This document shows positions 13,001-28,000 of a stretch of 64,000 bases of DNA, piece by piece. The position numbers and the translations under genes were made by a program. The stretch is taken from positions 2,914,001 through 2,978,000 of the forward strand of contig NW_026963315.1 of the NCBI RefSeq assembly GCF_036588685.1. Reading direction: 5' to 3'. Numbering within the stretch: position 1 is the first letter of the stretch; the number at the start of each line of letters is the position of its first letter. The notes beneath the pieces were generated by a model that was not told where the DNA came from, did not search any database, and saw only the letters and a program-made list of their open reading frames with translations. This DNA comes from Mytilus trossulus (Eukaryota).

Positions 13001-16000
13001 ATTGGAATGGATGGGTCTAATGCTACCAGGATTATCAAAGAAAAGATAGGCTGGCCTAATGCTCTGGCTATTGATTATGAAACAGATAGGTTATGGTGGG
13101 GTGATGCTCATCTGGATTTTATAGAGTGAGTGATATTTAAAAAACTGATTTAGAATATTTCTATCTTGGAAATAGATTAAGGGTTTTTTCTTTATGTGTC
13201 CTTTTGACTAAACGAACACAAAGTAAATGCCCTTTTACTCATGTAGACATTTGTTAAATTTCAATATATTTTGACTGTGTTATAATGCTATTATTATATA
13301 AGCTGAATGAAGTTTGTGAATGTCACCTAAACACGGATTTAATTTATGTAACGCTTTGTCTGCATTCAACTGTGTGGAGCAAAAGGAAACTGCAAAAATG
13401 ATCAGCAATATGAGACCTACTAAAATTTCAATATGATGAAAAACATTTGATGATGCGTAGCTTGTTCAGGAATTATTGCATTTTAATAACAATTTTGGCC
13501 GATTATCTAAAAGACAGTCATAGATAGGTATAAACAGTAAGCAGCAAAAATGATCAGTAATATAAGATATATTTTTCAATGTTGAGCCATCACTATATAT
13601 GCCACCAAAACAAATATTTAAAAAATGTGTCTCGTTAGTCAATTTTTATGCCCTACCTACGATAGTGGAGGGGCGTTATGTTTTCTGGTCTGTGCGTCCG
13701 TTCATCCGTCCGTCTGTTCGTTCGTCCATCTGTCCCGCTTCAGGTTAAAGTTTTTGGTCAAGGTAGTTTTTGATGAAGTTGAAGTCCAATCGACTTCAAA
13801 CTTTGTACACATGTTCCATATGATATGATATTTCAAATTTTATTACCAAATTAGAGTGTTTACCCCAATTTCACGGTCCATTGAACATACAAAATGATAG
13901 TGAGAGTGGGGCATTTGTGTACTGGGGACACATTCTTGTTTTGTCCCTACTTTGAAATTAAAGCTGTCGTCATTTTATAAACCATATTAATTTTAATAGG
14001 TGATTATGTGTATAGACATGATAGAAGAAAAGAGGTTTTACTTACAAATAAAATGTAAAAAGTTGTTAGGTTAACTTACATTTGTGAAATTCATTTCATT
14101 TCAGGTTTTCTGATTTAGATGGAAAGAACCGTCACATTGTTCTGCAAGGGAAAGTCCCTCATCCATTTGCCATGACAATATTTGAAGACTGGGTCTATTG
14201 GACTGACTGGAACCATTTATCGGTAGAGAAGGCCAATAAGTACACTGGGGCCAACCATACAGTCATACAGAAACTACCACATAGACCAATGGATATACAT
14301 ATATATCATCCCCTTAAACAGCCACTATGTAAGTCAAGTCTATAAACACTGCCCCATTGACCAATTGATGGATATATACAACACGAATCCAGAGGGGGGT
14401 TCTGGGGGTTGGAACCCCCCTTTTTTTTGGACGATCAATGCATTTGAATGGTAACTTGTAATTGGAACCCCCCCTTTTTCCTCGGTTAGGAACACCTAAA
14501 TGCACTCTCTGTACTTTAAATACAATAGAAGACAAGTTTCATTATATTTTACAGTGTGATTGTTATAATGCAATTAGGAGGCAGTATATTAAGCCATATT
14601 ATTATAAGCGTCCATCGTCATTTAAGCTTATACAGTTGTTGAGCACAGAAAATGTAAAAGACTTATGTAACCTTTGTAAATTTCTTTTCCATGCATTTAA
14701 ACGTAGAACAGACATGTTATAAGTTACCAATACCTAATATAGATTATTATTCTTCTCGGATGTATTCATTTATCAGTTATGTATGTTTTATGTATTTATT
14801 TATGATATATTGTATTTGCATATATATTATATTTGTACTGATGAGCATCATTTGCTCAAAGTAATAAAGAATTGAATTGAATTGACTATAAAGATGTGGT
14901 CAAAATCAACTAGAAATTTAATACACATATTCATTATGAGGTGAATTTGGTGTGTTATAATTAAATGACAAATTATTGGTTTGCCTGAGATTTCACATCA
15001 CTAAACATGGCATGGGTAAATGAGAGTGAAAGCATGGCATAATGTTCTCATCTCCTTCAAGGTCAAAGAATACTATGGATTCAGTATTGTTCTGGAAATA
15101 CCAGATTTTATGGGTATAGATTAACATCGAGTTTGAATGTTCCCGAAGTAAAAATGCTTTAAAAGATTGTATATAGAACTTAAATCAATGAAAAAACAAG
15201 TTTTCCTCAACCCATGAAAATTGGTATCTACTAAAAATAAATGCATGAATTCACAGTAAATAAAACACTTGTTAAAATGTCTAGACCTAGTGTGTTTGAG
15301 GTATTTATTGCTAGTATATTTTCATCCTAATAAAGCCTACAGAAGTTATCACTGAATGGTAATGACCAGAAACCAATTGATCAAATACTAATGGTGCAAT
15401 GTCTTTTAAAGTTTTTTTCACTACATTATAAATCACACTATGTTTTTTTTTTTACAAAACATTTAAATTTTTCAGGGTCAAATCCTTGTGGAGATAACAA
15501 TGGTGGATGTAGCCATCTTTGTTTGATCTCACCTGATGGATCCTTCACATGTAGATGTCCAAATTATTTCAACATGGCCTCAGACAACAAAACATGTATA
15601 GCTAACTGTACCTCATCACAGTTCAGGTGTGGTATATCTGACGATCGGTGTATACCAAATGTATGGAAATGTGACGGAGAAAAAGACTGCAAAGATAACT
15701 CTGATGAACCAGCAACTTGTCGTAAGCTCTATATTTTTCTTATTATGTCCCATATATGGGCATTATGTTTTCTGGTCTGTGAGTCCTTCCGTCTGTTTGT
15801 CAGTCCGTTCGTCCCACTTCAGGTTTAAGTTTTTGGTCAAGATAGTTTTTGATGAAATTAAAGTTACATCAACTTGAAACTTAGTAAACATGTTCCTTAT
15901 GATATGATCTTTTCTAATTTAAATTCAAAATCAAAGTTTTGACCCAAATTTCATAGTCCACTGAACATAGAAAATGGTAGTGAAGATGGGGCATCTATGT

Positions 16001-19000
16001 ACTTTGGACACATTCTTATTTTTATTGCTTCCATTGGCTGTCTTAACTGTATGACAGACTCATTGTGATTCACAGAATAAAGTAATTTACACAATTTATG
16101 AAAATGAGCAAACCAATGTAAAAGTTGGATTTTTTAACAATCTCCATGCAAACATATTGTTATATGATCAGGACTATTCCATAAAAATGTATGTGGGGGT
16201 ACGAAGGGACTATCAAAATATTGCTACAACCAAAAACCATTTTTTAGATATTTTTGCATAATTGTAAGACACATACTGAAAAAAGACCCATGACCAAAGT
16301 TCAATAACTCAATTGAGTTCCAGAATAATTTTTAGTCTATATAAAAATAATGAGATGTGATACTGTATAGCGGGTTATTTTTCGTGGGGTGTAAATTTTC
16401 GCTTATTTTGGCAGATAGAACAAAATCTCCAAAATAAATGACGCCAAATTAAAGGTGTACATGCAAAGGTATTGATAAAATATTTGAATCCGCCAAAATA
16501 ATAACCGCCAAAATATTTAGTACACCTTATTCAATGAAAATCATGAAATTTTACACCCGTGAAAAAACCCACTATACGGTATGTGTGCCAATGAGCAAAA
16601 TCATTAATATTGATTTTTATTTGGGATTACTTGGGAATACTTATCTACCCAGCAGTATAGAGTTATAAAATGTGTCACACCTATCCACCATGAAGTATTG
16701 ATGTAAGTAACTGAATATGAATGTACTACCTTCAACATTTTGGTTTCACATGCATTTCTAAATTTTTGAATGTATGAATCTATTTTTAGCTGCCAATGAG
16801 TGTGCCCCAGGACAGTTCCAATGTAAAAACAATAACTGTACCTATGCCTTTAGGGTGTGTGACTTGGTAGATGACTGTGGTGACGGCAGTGACGAGGTGA
16901 ACTGTGCTGACAGAGCCTGCTATAGCTGGCAGTTTAAGTGTGGCAATAATAAATGTATACCACAAGGCTGGGTCTGTGACGGAGATGATGATTGTGGCGA
17001 TAATAGTGAAGAGCTAGGGGCTCATTGTGGTAAGTCGATCTTTAAGGGAATAACTGATAATACCACAAGGCTGGGTCTGTGATGGAGATGATGATTGTGG
17101 TGATAATAGTGAAGAGCTAGGGGCTCATTGTGGTAAGAAAAAAAGTAAACTAACAGAAATACTATGATAGTTTGAAATCTAAATATAAGATTAATACCAT
17201 GATTTCTATGTTTGAAATTAGGAAAATACATAATTGTATGCTGTGATCTCATGATTTCTGTTCTAGGTAACCAGACATGTGACCCAAGTAAATTCACATG
17301 TGACAATGGTAAATGTATACCAGAGGCTTGGAAATGTGATTTTGATGATGATTGTGGTGATAATTCGGATGAGAAGAAAGAATGGAAGTGTGGTAAGATA
17401 CATAATATACCTGGTCACGGCACTATTTTAAAACACAATGTCATTTTTGTGGTTAACCTAGTATTGGTATTGAAATTTAGAGAGGTTGAATTCCATATAT
17501 TAAAATTAAGTAAAAAACTTGTAATAAATCACTTTTAGTTTAAATGTCACATTTTAAGAAGGAGAACTAAATTGTGAAAAGTTATAAGTAATTTGTATGT
17601 TCTGACTAAGGGCATACATAACAGTTACAGGGGAGGTAATGACGTTGCTAACATAAAATGTTATTTTCACGACGTCAAACTCTAACATATCGGGAAAAGA
17701 TGCATTTTTCGACTGATTTTTATCATTCAAACAGGTTTAATTTGAAAAAGAGTGCATGGAACCCTATTTTTTAAAACAACATTTTGTTTCATTTTGCAGG
17801 GAGATTATGTGAACCAAATTTTATAAAACTGTAAATAGTGTAATTTTTTTTATTTTGATAAATATACAGCAAAAAATTATGTTTTTTTTCTCAATTCATG
17901 ACCATTTGATAAATATGAGTTATTTCTGAATAAAAAATGCATAAATTTTAAGGATACTTATAAAGTACAGGAAAAAAAACAATTTGTGTTTATCTTTTAA
18001 AACCAAAAAGTTATGGCTGTCTTTCGAAGGAAAAATACGGCCACAAATCCGAATTTTGAGCAAATATACAAAATTTCAACCCCAAAAAGTAGCATATGAA
18101 GGTATATTTTTTATTACAAATTTTATTTAATCAGGCAAAAAATAGCTTATATGGAAATTTTCATCAAACTGTAAATACCAGTTCAAAACTGTATCGTATG
18201 CCCTTAAGTGATGAAGTTTATAATTTAAAAAAAAAATCTAAACACTCAAAGTTGAATCTAATGTAAAGTTGAATATTTTGTTTTCCAGCTAACAGAACAT
18301 GTCCTGAAGGCTGGTGGAGATGTGAAAGTAACTATCGCTGCATCCCGGACTGGCAGAGATGTAACGGAGCAGACGACTGTCGTGATAATTCTGATGAAAA
18401 GGAAGAGAACTGTCCACCATGTCATGAGACGGGAGATTTCACATGCAAGGATAAGAAATGTATCCCTATACGATGGAGATGTGACTTTGACAATGACTGT
18501 CCAGATGGTAGTGATGAAGACAAGGCTATGTGTTGTAAGGATAGTATTCCTTGTTATACAATAAAACCTGTATATGAAAGTCTCCCTTTCATATTTGGTG
18601 AAAAGATTGATAGAGTTTATCTCCAAATGTTTGTTAATATATGCCAAATTAAGATAAAGTTTTACTTTCCCTAAGTACTTTATAATATAAGTCTTACAAA
18701 TTTAAGAAGATGTGGTATAATTGCTGTTGAGATAATCTCTGCACGAAAAATTAGCAGCTACAGGTCCCATACAGCCTTCAACTATAAGCAAAACTCAACC
18801 ACATAGCAATAACATAAAGTGCATATTGTTATGTGTTTACTTTTCTACATTGGCTAGGTGGAGGGTTGAGATCTCATAAACATGTTTAACCCTGCCCCAT
18901 TTTTGCACCTGTCCCAAGTCAGGAGCCTCTGGCCTTTGTTAGTCTTGTATTATTTTGATTTTAGTTTCTTGTGTACAATTTGGAAATTAGTATGGCGTTC

Positions 19001-22000
19001 ATTATCACTGAACTAGTATATATTTGTTATGTGGCCAGCTGAAGGACGTCTCTTGGTGCGGGAATTTCTCGCTACATTGAGGACCTGTTGGTGACCTTCT
19101 GCTGTTGTTTTTTCTATGGTCGAGTTGTTGTCTCTTTGACCCATTCCTCATTTCCATTCTCAATTTTAGAACTGTACGATTTTACTCTTAAATTTTTTTT
19201 CTGACAAACAGTAACCAAAGTAGTTTTATAAAAGTCTATAAATCTAGTAAAAAGTTTGTTCAGACAATAAACGGTAAAATGTTTTTTTCAGTGTCAATTT
19301 TAAAAACAAAATACTTGTAAGAGATGTGTTTGTACTTTATTACCTTTTTATTAGCTAAGCTTTAATTTGCTTCACCGATCTCCTTGCAATTTTATACATC
19401 TAATAAAATTTCTGAATTTACAGTAACTTGCAAATTTAACTAAACAACTGGTTGGGGTTGAGAAAAATTTTTAAACACAAATATTATTCACTATTTCAGC
19501 TGCCTTATACCGCAACTGCTCAGAATCAGAATTCAGATGTGACAATGATAAATGTATCCAAGGAAAATGGCGCTGTGACCATGACAATGACTGTGGCGAT
19601 CTTAGTGATGAAAATCCTAATTTCTGTAAAGGTACAACAACAACTTAGAAACAGTGTTGGAAAAGTAAAATTCAAAAATTATTGCGAAAAATCTATAGGG
19701 TTATATTCGCAGTAATTGAAACTCGCATTTTGAAATATCTTAATATGAATCAAATAGAATTTTTGTAAATATCGCAAAAATTGAAACTGCGTTTTAGTCT
19801 AAAATGGTGTAATCGCAATGATAAATGCACACAAACATTTTTGAATTTAAACAGTACTGACGTTCCTTTGACAGCCTTATCAATCTTGAAATTAAACACA
19901 CACCTAGTGTAAGTAATGCACAGGCATATAAAAAAAGATTCTTAGGTCCGAGACCAAGGATCCGGAAACGGTCATATTTGCCAGTCATGTCCTAAACTGA
20001 AACTATAATGTCCTAAACTTTTAATTTGGATTTAGGTCAAATTTTATTTTTCAACCGAAATAATTTCGGTCATTACGTTGAGATCTACTTTCAAAATCGC
20101 CATTTTGAATATATTTTTGTTATGTTATCTATTTCCTGTAATTAAACTGCCACTTCAATAAAGTGTTATAAACCTGAGGGCCCTCCTAATAACTGTATTA
20201 ATGCCTCAGGGAGCTATTGGCTAATGATTGCTAATCTCTTTACCTGTGTTTTTAATTCACACCTGGCAATTAATCACAAGCTCCAAACTATTATTATAAA
20301 GAAATAAAAAGTCCATACCAACTGGCTTCATTATTTAATTATTCAACAGGTCAGACAATTGTCAATTATGATTTAAAATTAAATTAAAACTTGGTTTAAT
20401 TTACGTAGAAATTATTTTTTTTTTACTTCTAACACACGTGCTTTGTTTACTATGTAATACGCATGCTTGAAATTCTCTTCCACAGATTTAGACAATTTAT
20501 TGTAAATTTGAAATAATTTCATTCTAAATAAAGCTAGTACAACTATGTTAATTAATATTCTTACACTATTAAAGGTAAAATATTAAAAAGCTGATGATTT
20601 CCTGTGATTTAGATAAACAAAACTAATCCCGGAAATGAGTCCGGAATTGTTAGTTTTACTATTGTCGCAGTACATCCGGGTTTGAATTTTGACTTCAGAA
20701 TCAAAGGAAACGTAAGCGATAACTGAGAATACTATCGTTTTGAGTCATTAAAATCATTTTATTTTTAAACTGTTGCCTTCCCTTGATTGCTCTTAAACGA
20801 TTTTTGGAAAATGGTAGGTCAAATCATGAAGTAATTGCGATGCAACAGTGAAACAAGTTTGTTGATGCTACGAACATAACGACCGAGTATGAGCATACTG
20901 GAATGAGTCTCATGCAGTAATGTGATTTTGACAATAATTTTTTGAAATGGGGCATCAACTTTTAAGTTGTATGAAAATGACCGAAATTGGGCGAAAAAAT
21001 TTCCGGATCCTTGTCCGAGACCACAGTTATTTCGTAGTGCATTTCATTTAGAAGATAAATAAAAATTTTAAAAATCCAACCTGCCCTTTCTCATGAAATT
21101 TTTACAGTGTGTTGTACTACTTTTGGGACAAATTATATCAAATTTATAGAAAACTTCATCGGCTCTAACTCAAAATATGGACAATTTTATGTTTAGGGCG
21201 TCTTGAAATCTTGTGACGGGTTCCAAAGTGCTAATTTTTAACCTTTTTCAGCTGGACCAAACCACTACTTTCCTTTAAAATTCTGGACCCAATTTGTTTA
21301 CAGAGTAATTTCCCCCCCTCCCCTCCCCCCCCCAACCTACTTGCAATTTGAGGCATTAAGATGGAGAAATAAATTTGGAAGGGGTATAAAAATTAATGGC
21401 AAGTAACCCACTGTCAACGCTAGGCACTATATTCGTGAACAACTAAAATCAAGGGATGACAATTGTGGTCTTGAACCAACAATAACATATGAGTGATAAA
21501 CATTATATAATATTGACATTCCAAATCTTAGTACATTGATTTGACGTAAGCGTTTCACTCTTGTTTATCACCAGTATTTACAGTTCAATATGAAATCTTA
21601 TACATTTTTTTATCCATTTGTAAATTGTTTAATTAACTAATTCAGATGGTCAGAGTCTTTCTGGTCTCTTGAAGAGCCCATGTACAAGATTCAAATCCTT
21701 CTGTTATTAAGGCCATTTTCTTCCTTTAAAAAGCTTTTTATTTTTTATAAGTTGGTTGAGGGATCCACACACCCAATTTTGTTTAAAAAGTGAAATAGAA
21801 TTAAAAGTTTGTGTTCTCTGACTAATTTTTCAGAACAGTTATATGTATAAAAAAAATAATCAAAGATTTATTATTATTATTTTTACCTTCTCAGACCCCC
21901 TCATTTTACAGTAGTTGTCTGTAAATCAACTAATTAAAAAAAGAGGCCTTAATTATTTTGATATATTTGTAGTATACCACCATTGTGCATTTGATCAGTA

Positions 22001-25000
22001 CCAATGTGCTAGTGGACATTGTATCCGTCAGAAAAGTGTCTGTGATGGAATGAGAGACTGTCGAGACAATTCTGATGAGAATGATTGTAAACCTCGATTC
22101 CCTATGGGTAGATACTGCCCAGCTAACAAGTTCCAATGCGATAACCATGTAAGTATCTTCTATGACCATATAAATATCATCCCAAAAAAAAACCAAATGT
22201 GTGTGTTTACTGAACCCCTAGAGTTTGTAACTTTTCCCCCTGAAAGTAGGGCAAATTATATTTTTATGCCCCACCTACGATAGTTTGATCGTCTGTCTGT
22301 CCCGCTTCAGGTTAAAGTTTTTGGTCAAGGTAGTCCAATCAACTTGAAACTTAGTACACATGTTCCCTATGATATGATCTTTCTAAATTTAATGCAAAAT
22401 TAGAGTTTTGAACCCAATTTCACGGTTCATTGAACACAGAAAATGATAGTGCAAGTTTCAGGTTAAAGTTTTGGTTAAAGTTTTTGGTCAAGGTAGTTTT
22501 TGATGAAGTTGAAGTCCAAACTTGAAACGTAGTATATATGTTCCCTATAATATGATCTTTCTAATTTTAATGCCAAATTAGAGTTTTTACCCCTATTTCA
22601 AGGTCCACTAAACATAAAAGATGATAGTGCAAATTGGGCATCAGTGTACTATGGACACATTCTTGTTACTAGTATTATTCTTGACACTGATGTTCTGTTT
22701 GTTCAACCACTAGCATGACGTAAAAAAGTTCTCGACATTGTATAAAACATATTAATAACAAATATGACTTATGAAAGCACAGCTTCTACAAATGACCACA
22801 TAACTGCAATATAAGTAAATGCAATTTAGTATCTGATTCTGGAAATGTCTAAGACCATTTCTAGGTGTGCAACAGACCAGCCATATTTAATTGAAAAATT
22901 ATGGTTACTTCCCATATTTTTTTGGACCTACTTGGGGTTACAATTGAATTAAATATATGTGGTTTGAGTGGCAATGAGACAACTTTTCACCAAATGACAT
23001 AAATGTAAGCATGTATAACCTTTATCAACACAAACAACCCAGGAGGGTATTCAGAATTTTGGAAAGGAGGGGACTCTTTCTGGAAAGCGGAATATATACT
23101 GTCAATAAGAATGATTAAATCTTTTGGACAATATTTTAATAAAAATCGTAAAAATTGTATGAAACATGAAATAATTTTTTGGCTGATCATAGGGGCAGTA
23201 CACACTTCTTAACTCTGCTGGACTGAAACTGTAAGTCTTCTATAAAATGTGCCTTTGATGCAATGTCAGTCATTGTTGCCTACCTGCCAAATTTTTAAAA
23301 TGCACATGGGGATTTTACATGCAAGATGGCTCTTATAGTCCTACATAAATGTTCAAGGGGGCCTCAAATATATATTTTTGGTTTTGTTTGTTTTTCATAC
23401 TTTTACAAGCCTAATGCCATTGTAAAATGTTTTGTTTTGTTTAAAATTGTGGTTAAAATTGCTTTTTCAAAATTTCTATTTGGGAGCCTAAATGGGGGAA
23501 ATCCCCTGCAATTTGTGACAGTTAGCAGGTATAAATTTATATTGTAAATGTGATTTGCCTTGCAAGGGTCAGATTATTTGCCAATGGTTTTAACAAACAC
23601 CAAAAATCTATTTTAGTTGTGTATACCAAAGATCTGGCGATGTGACGGTGTTGATGACTGCGGTGATTCGTCGGATGAAAAAAGGTCAGTGTGTGACCTG
23701 ATAGATTGTCCGGACATGACAAGGTATCGATGTGATAACATGAAGTGTATTCCTAAATGGCGAATCTGTGACAAGGTAGATAACTGTGGAGATGGAAGTG
23801 ATGAAAATAATCATCAAATGTGTAAGTTTTGATATACAGTGGATTCTTAAATTTTAATGCCTCACCTTCTAATGTAGAGGGCATTATTTTTTCTGGTCTG
23901 TGGATCCGTTCCTCTGTCTGTTCATCTGTCTGTCCTGCTTCAGGTTAAAGTTATTGGTGAAGTTTTTGATGAAGTTGAAGTCCAATCAATGTGAAACTTG
24001 TACATATGTTCCTTATCTTATGATTAGATTTTTTTTTACCCAATTTCACGGTCCACTGAAGATAGAAAATGATAGTGCCAGTGAGTCATCCGTGTTCTAT
24101 GGACACATTCTTGTTTTTCATTAATTTTCATGTGTATTTGTTTTTCTTACTTTTTTTACCGATCTCTGAAAACAAATCCTATAGAAAAAGTGGAATTTGT
24201 TCAACATTTGACTTCTTGCTTTACCTGTACCAACAAAAACCACGAAAATTGGTATCCAACGAAATAATAAGGAATCCACGGTACAGTGAAACCTGTATAT
24301 AAAATTAACACTTAAACTTGGAAAGAGGTGACCAAATATTAGGCCTTGGTTGACTGTAAATTTGGAAAGATGGATAAGTTAATGAGCTTATAGGGAAGGA
24401 AACCTTTAAATTGGGGTTCAAATGCACAGACATCACTATATAGCTAGACAGGTGACCTAACAAGACAGTGTTATGCTTATTAGAGTTGTCCTTTAAATTA
24501 GGCATTGGTTGACTGCAAATAGGTTTTAAAATAGTGCACATATTTTCTTTTCACTCGAGTACAATTTGAGTTCTTTTCTCCAAAGTAAATTGTCCTGTAA
24601 AATCTTGTCAAATCTTTAGCAGAATATGAAATTCATTACTTATATATATTAAATTTTGTGTTTTTTAACAGTTTATATTTTTACATTTGTTTAACCAAAA
24701 ATATGTTCCCTCACAGGTACTGCCCTACAACAGTACTGTAAGTTGACAGAATACAGATGTGCTAACAAACGCTGTATCTCAGCAACCAAAGTGTGTGATT
24801 CTGTCAATGATTGTGGTGATGCGTCTGATGAGAAAGGATGTCGTAAGTATTAAAAAAATGGTGCTATGACCTATTAAAGAGGGCGTCAAATGTTGTTTTT
24901 TGGCTACTTTTAAAGGCAAATGGTGTTTTTTAGGTTGTTGTTATCCGTCAAATTGGTTAAAATTTTAGTATGATACATAAAAATATCCTTATCGTGATTT

Positions 25001-28000
25001 GTTAGAGGTCTCTAATAAATATCATTACTGATATTTTTGGGAAAAAAATAACAATTCATCAAAATCAATGGAATTTTTTTATTTTGTAAAAGAATGTGAA
25101 AATTTTATTGTCATGCACCACAAATTAACAATGGGAGCGGAAACTCAATTAAAATGGGAGAGCTTTTTTTTCAATGATTAGTAAATAAGTGTTTTCCATT
25201 CTCAATTTAAGTTCAGAAATTCTTGCATGCATTTATTATTGATATTTTTGAAGAATAGATAAAAATGAGATATTACAGTAATTATTGCAATTGCTGGATA
25301 ATATGCATAGAGATATAAACATATAAAATGTTAGTTCGCATTACTAAGATAATCAACATGTCATATGATTCCATATTTATATTTCCTCACAAAAATTTCT
25401 GAATTTACAGTATTATAAAAAAGAAGATGTGGTATGATTGCCAATGAGACTACTCTCCACAAGAGATCAAATGGCACAGAAATTATAACAGCTATAGGTC
25501 ACTGTAAGGCCTTCAGAAATGAGCAAAACCCATACCACATAGTCAGCTATGAAAGGCCCCTGAATCACAAATGTAAAAAAAGACCATGTGAGGGCTCTTT
25601 AAAAAAAGAACCACCAAAAGTATGTCAAAGATTCAAACAAGAAAACAAATGACCTAATTAATGTACAAAACATGAACCAAAAAAAATATGTAACACATCA
25701 ACAAACGACAACCATTGAATTAAAATTGAGAATGGAAGTGGGGAATGTGCCATCGAGACAACAACCCCACCATAGAAAAAACAACAGCAGAAGGTCACCA
25801 ACAGGTCTTCAATGTAGTGAGAAATTCCCGCACCCGGAGTTGTCCTTCAGCTGGCCCCTAAACAAATATATCCTAGTTTAGTCAAGCCTCTACAATAAAA
25901 AAATTTCCAACTTGTCCAGTAGGACAAGTACATATCAAAACTTGCTTGTCCGAATGAAATTGTTACTTGTCCAAATTTTTTTAATTAAAAATAACCTTTT
26001 TACATTTTAAGTTGATTAAAGGAACAAAACGAATTTAAACAATAGAACAGAATTTGATGTATTTCTTTTTAAATACTTTTCAAAAAGTCAAGTACAACTG
26101 AATCTAGTCATGTCACAGAACTTAGGTTCTAGTTTTCATCAATGCCAGTCTCATCAGACTCTTAAAATGAGGCACCATCTGATAGACCAATGTACTCTCA
26201 TTGGATTTGTATCCTGGTTTTTTTGTTAAAGTTGAAAAAAGTTGAAAAAAGTTTATTGAAATGCAATCAATAAAAAGAAGATAAGGTCTGATTGCCAATG
26301 AGACAACTCTCTCAAATGACACAGAAATTAACAACTATAGGTCACCATATTGCAAGTATTGTTTTTTTTTCTACTTATGATCAAATATGATTTTGTGAAT
26401 TTTATGAAATTTTAGTAAATAAAAATATTGTTGTGAAAACAATACTGGTATGGTATTTATTATAAAGAACAGAATAGGTAAGAAAATGAGGTATTGATTT
26501 GTCTTGGTTCCGAAATGTCTCCTGCCTTGCCAAACTGTCTATCAATCCTGTCTACTAAATATGTCTTCTTAGGTGCCAAACTGTCTATTAAACTTTGAGC
26601 TAAACCTGTCCAGGTGACGAACTGTCCTGTAAAGTTACCTTATCTACAACGCGCAGCATTGAGCAGCATTGATTCGGATCAGAAAGACTAGTTCCCGAGA
26701 ATAGTATACCTTTAGCCTGTTAAAAAGTACCAGACAAAGAACCAGTTAAAAATCGATTGCAAGTAAACATGTTCATGATGTTGAAGAAAAAGGTTTTGCA
26801 ATTGAATAAACAGAATACAGAAACATGTCAAATTAATATTTGTTTTTTTGGTTTTTTTTTTATACTTTGTTCATCAAAGTTGGATGAAATTTATTTTCTG
26901 CAGAACTATTGTACTTGTCCCGACGGACAAGCTTGACACAGCTTTTACTTGTCCGACCTATTTTCCCTCTGGTACCGGACAATCGGACAAGCGTTATTGT
27001 CGAGGCCTGTCAGTGATAATGAACGCCATACTAATTAGTATATTTGACTTGTAGATAAAGGTGTAGGCCATGTGAACTGTACAGTAAATAAAGGAAATTG
27101 TCAACAGATTTGTTCAGATTTAGTAGATGGTGGTTATTTCTGTTCCTGTAAACAAGGATTTACAATATCAACAACAGACAAGAAATCATGTGAAGGTAGG
27201 TTTATGGTTCATAGTCTATATTTATTCTTGATATACAACTCGTCTAAACATCAACCCAACAATGATAGATCTGTAAATTTGCGAAAGCAAATTTTTTGTT
27301 CTTTCCTCGCGGGGATTCGAAACACATGCTACTGGGATATGGTGACACCAAATCGCCTGCACTATAGCCCTCTCGCTAGACAGCATGGGTTTCAATCCCG
27401 GTGAGGGAAGAACAAAAAATTTGCGAAAGCAAATTTATAGATCTAACTTTGTTGTGTTCATGTTTACGAGTTGTATATACATAATGTACACAGCCATGTA
27501 TCACCATCACTTCTGGTGATCCGATGGATTAATCTGTTGTAGAGTTGTCACTGGCTCAGACGTACTTATAAATATATTCTTGATATATATATACATCATA
27601 TGCTTTTAAGCCATGAACTACATGAATACAATTTGGGCTGATTGCGTTGCATTATTATATTATTTGATTTTAGATGTAATATGTCTTCAGATAAGCTGAC
27701 AGTGTGTAAACATTGTCTATAATTATAAGCTCATAGACATAATTTTATCATTTGACTGACATCGTCAATGATTTTTCTTGATTAATTCTGGTTTAAAATG
27801 GAATTAAGAATTAAATGATCAAGAATTAGAATTACTGTTATATTTTTTCTGTCTTTTCAAAAATAACATAAAAAATGTAGTACACACAAATTTAAGGTAA
27901 TTTCTTCATAAACAGACAAAATATTAAGTCATTCCTTAAATAAGAATAATAAGATGTGGTATGATTGCAAATCAGGGACAAAACTCCATGAGACCCAATG

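Noticed and set aside
14838-14865. Hammerhead at CTGATGAgcatcatttgctcaaag
   Set aside because: No GAAA after the stem and no stem III or NUH; more likely the LINE 3' stem-loop.
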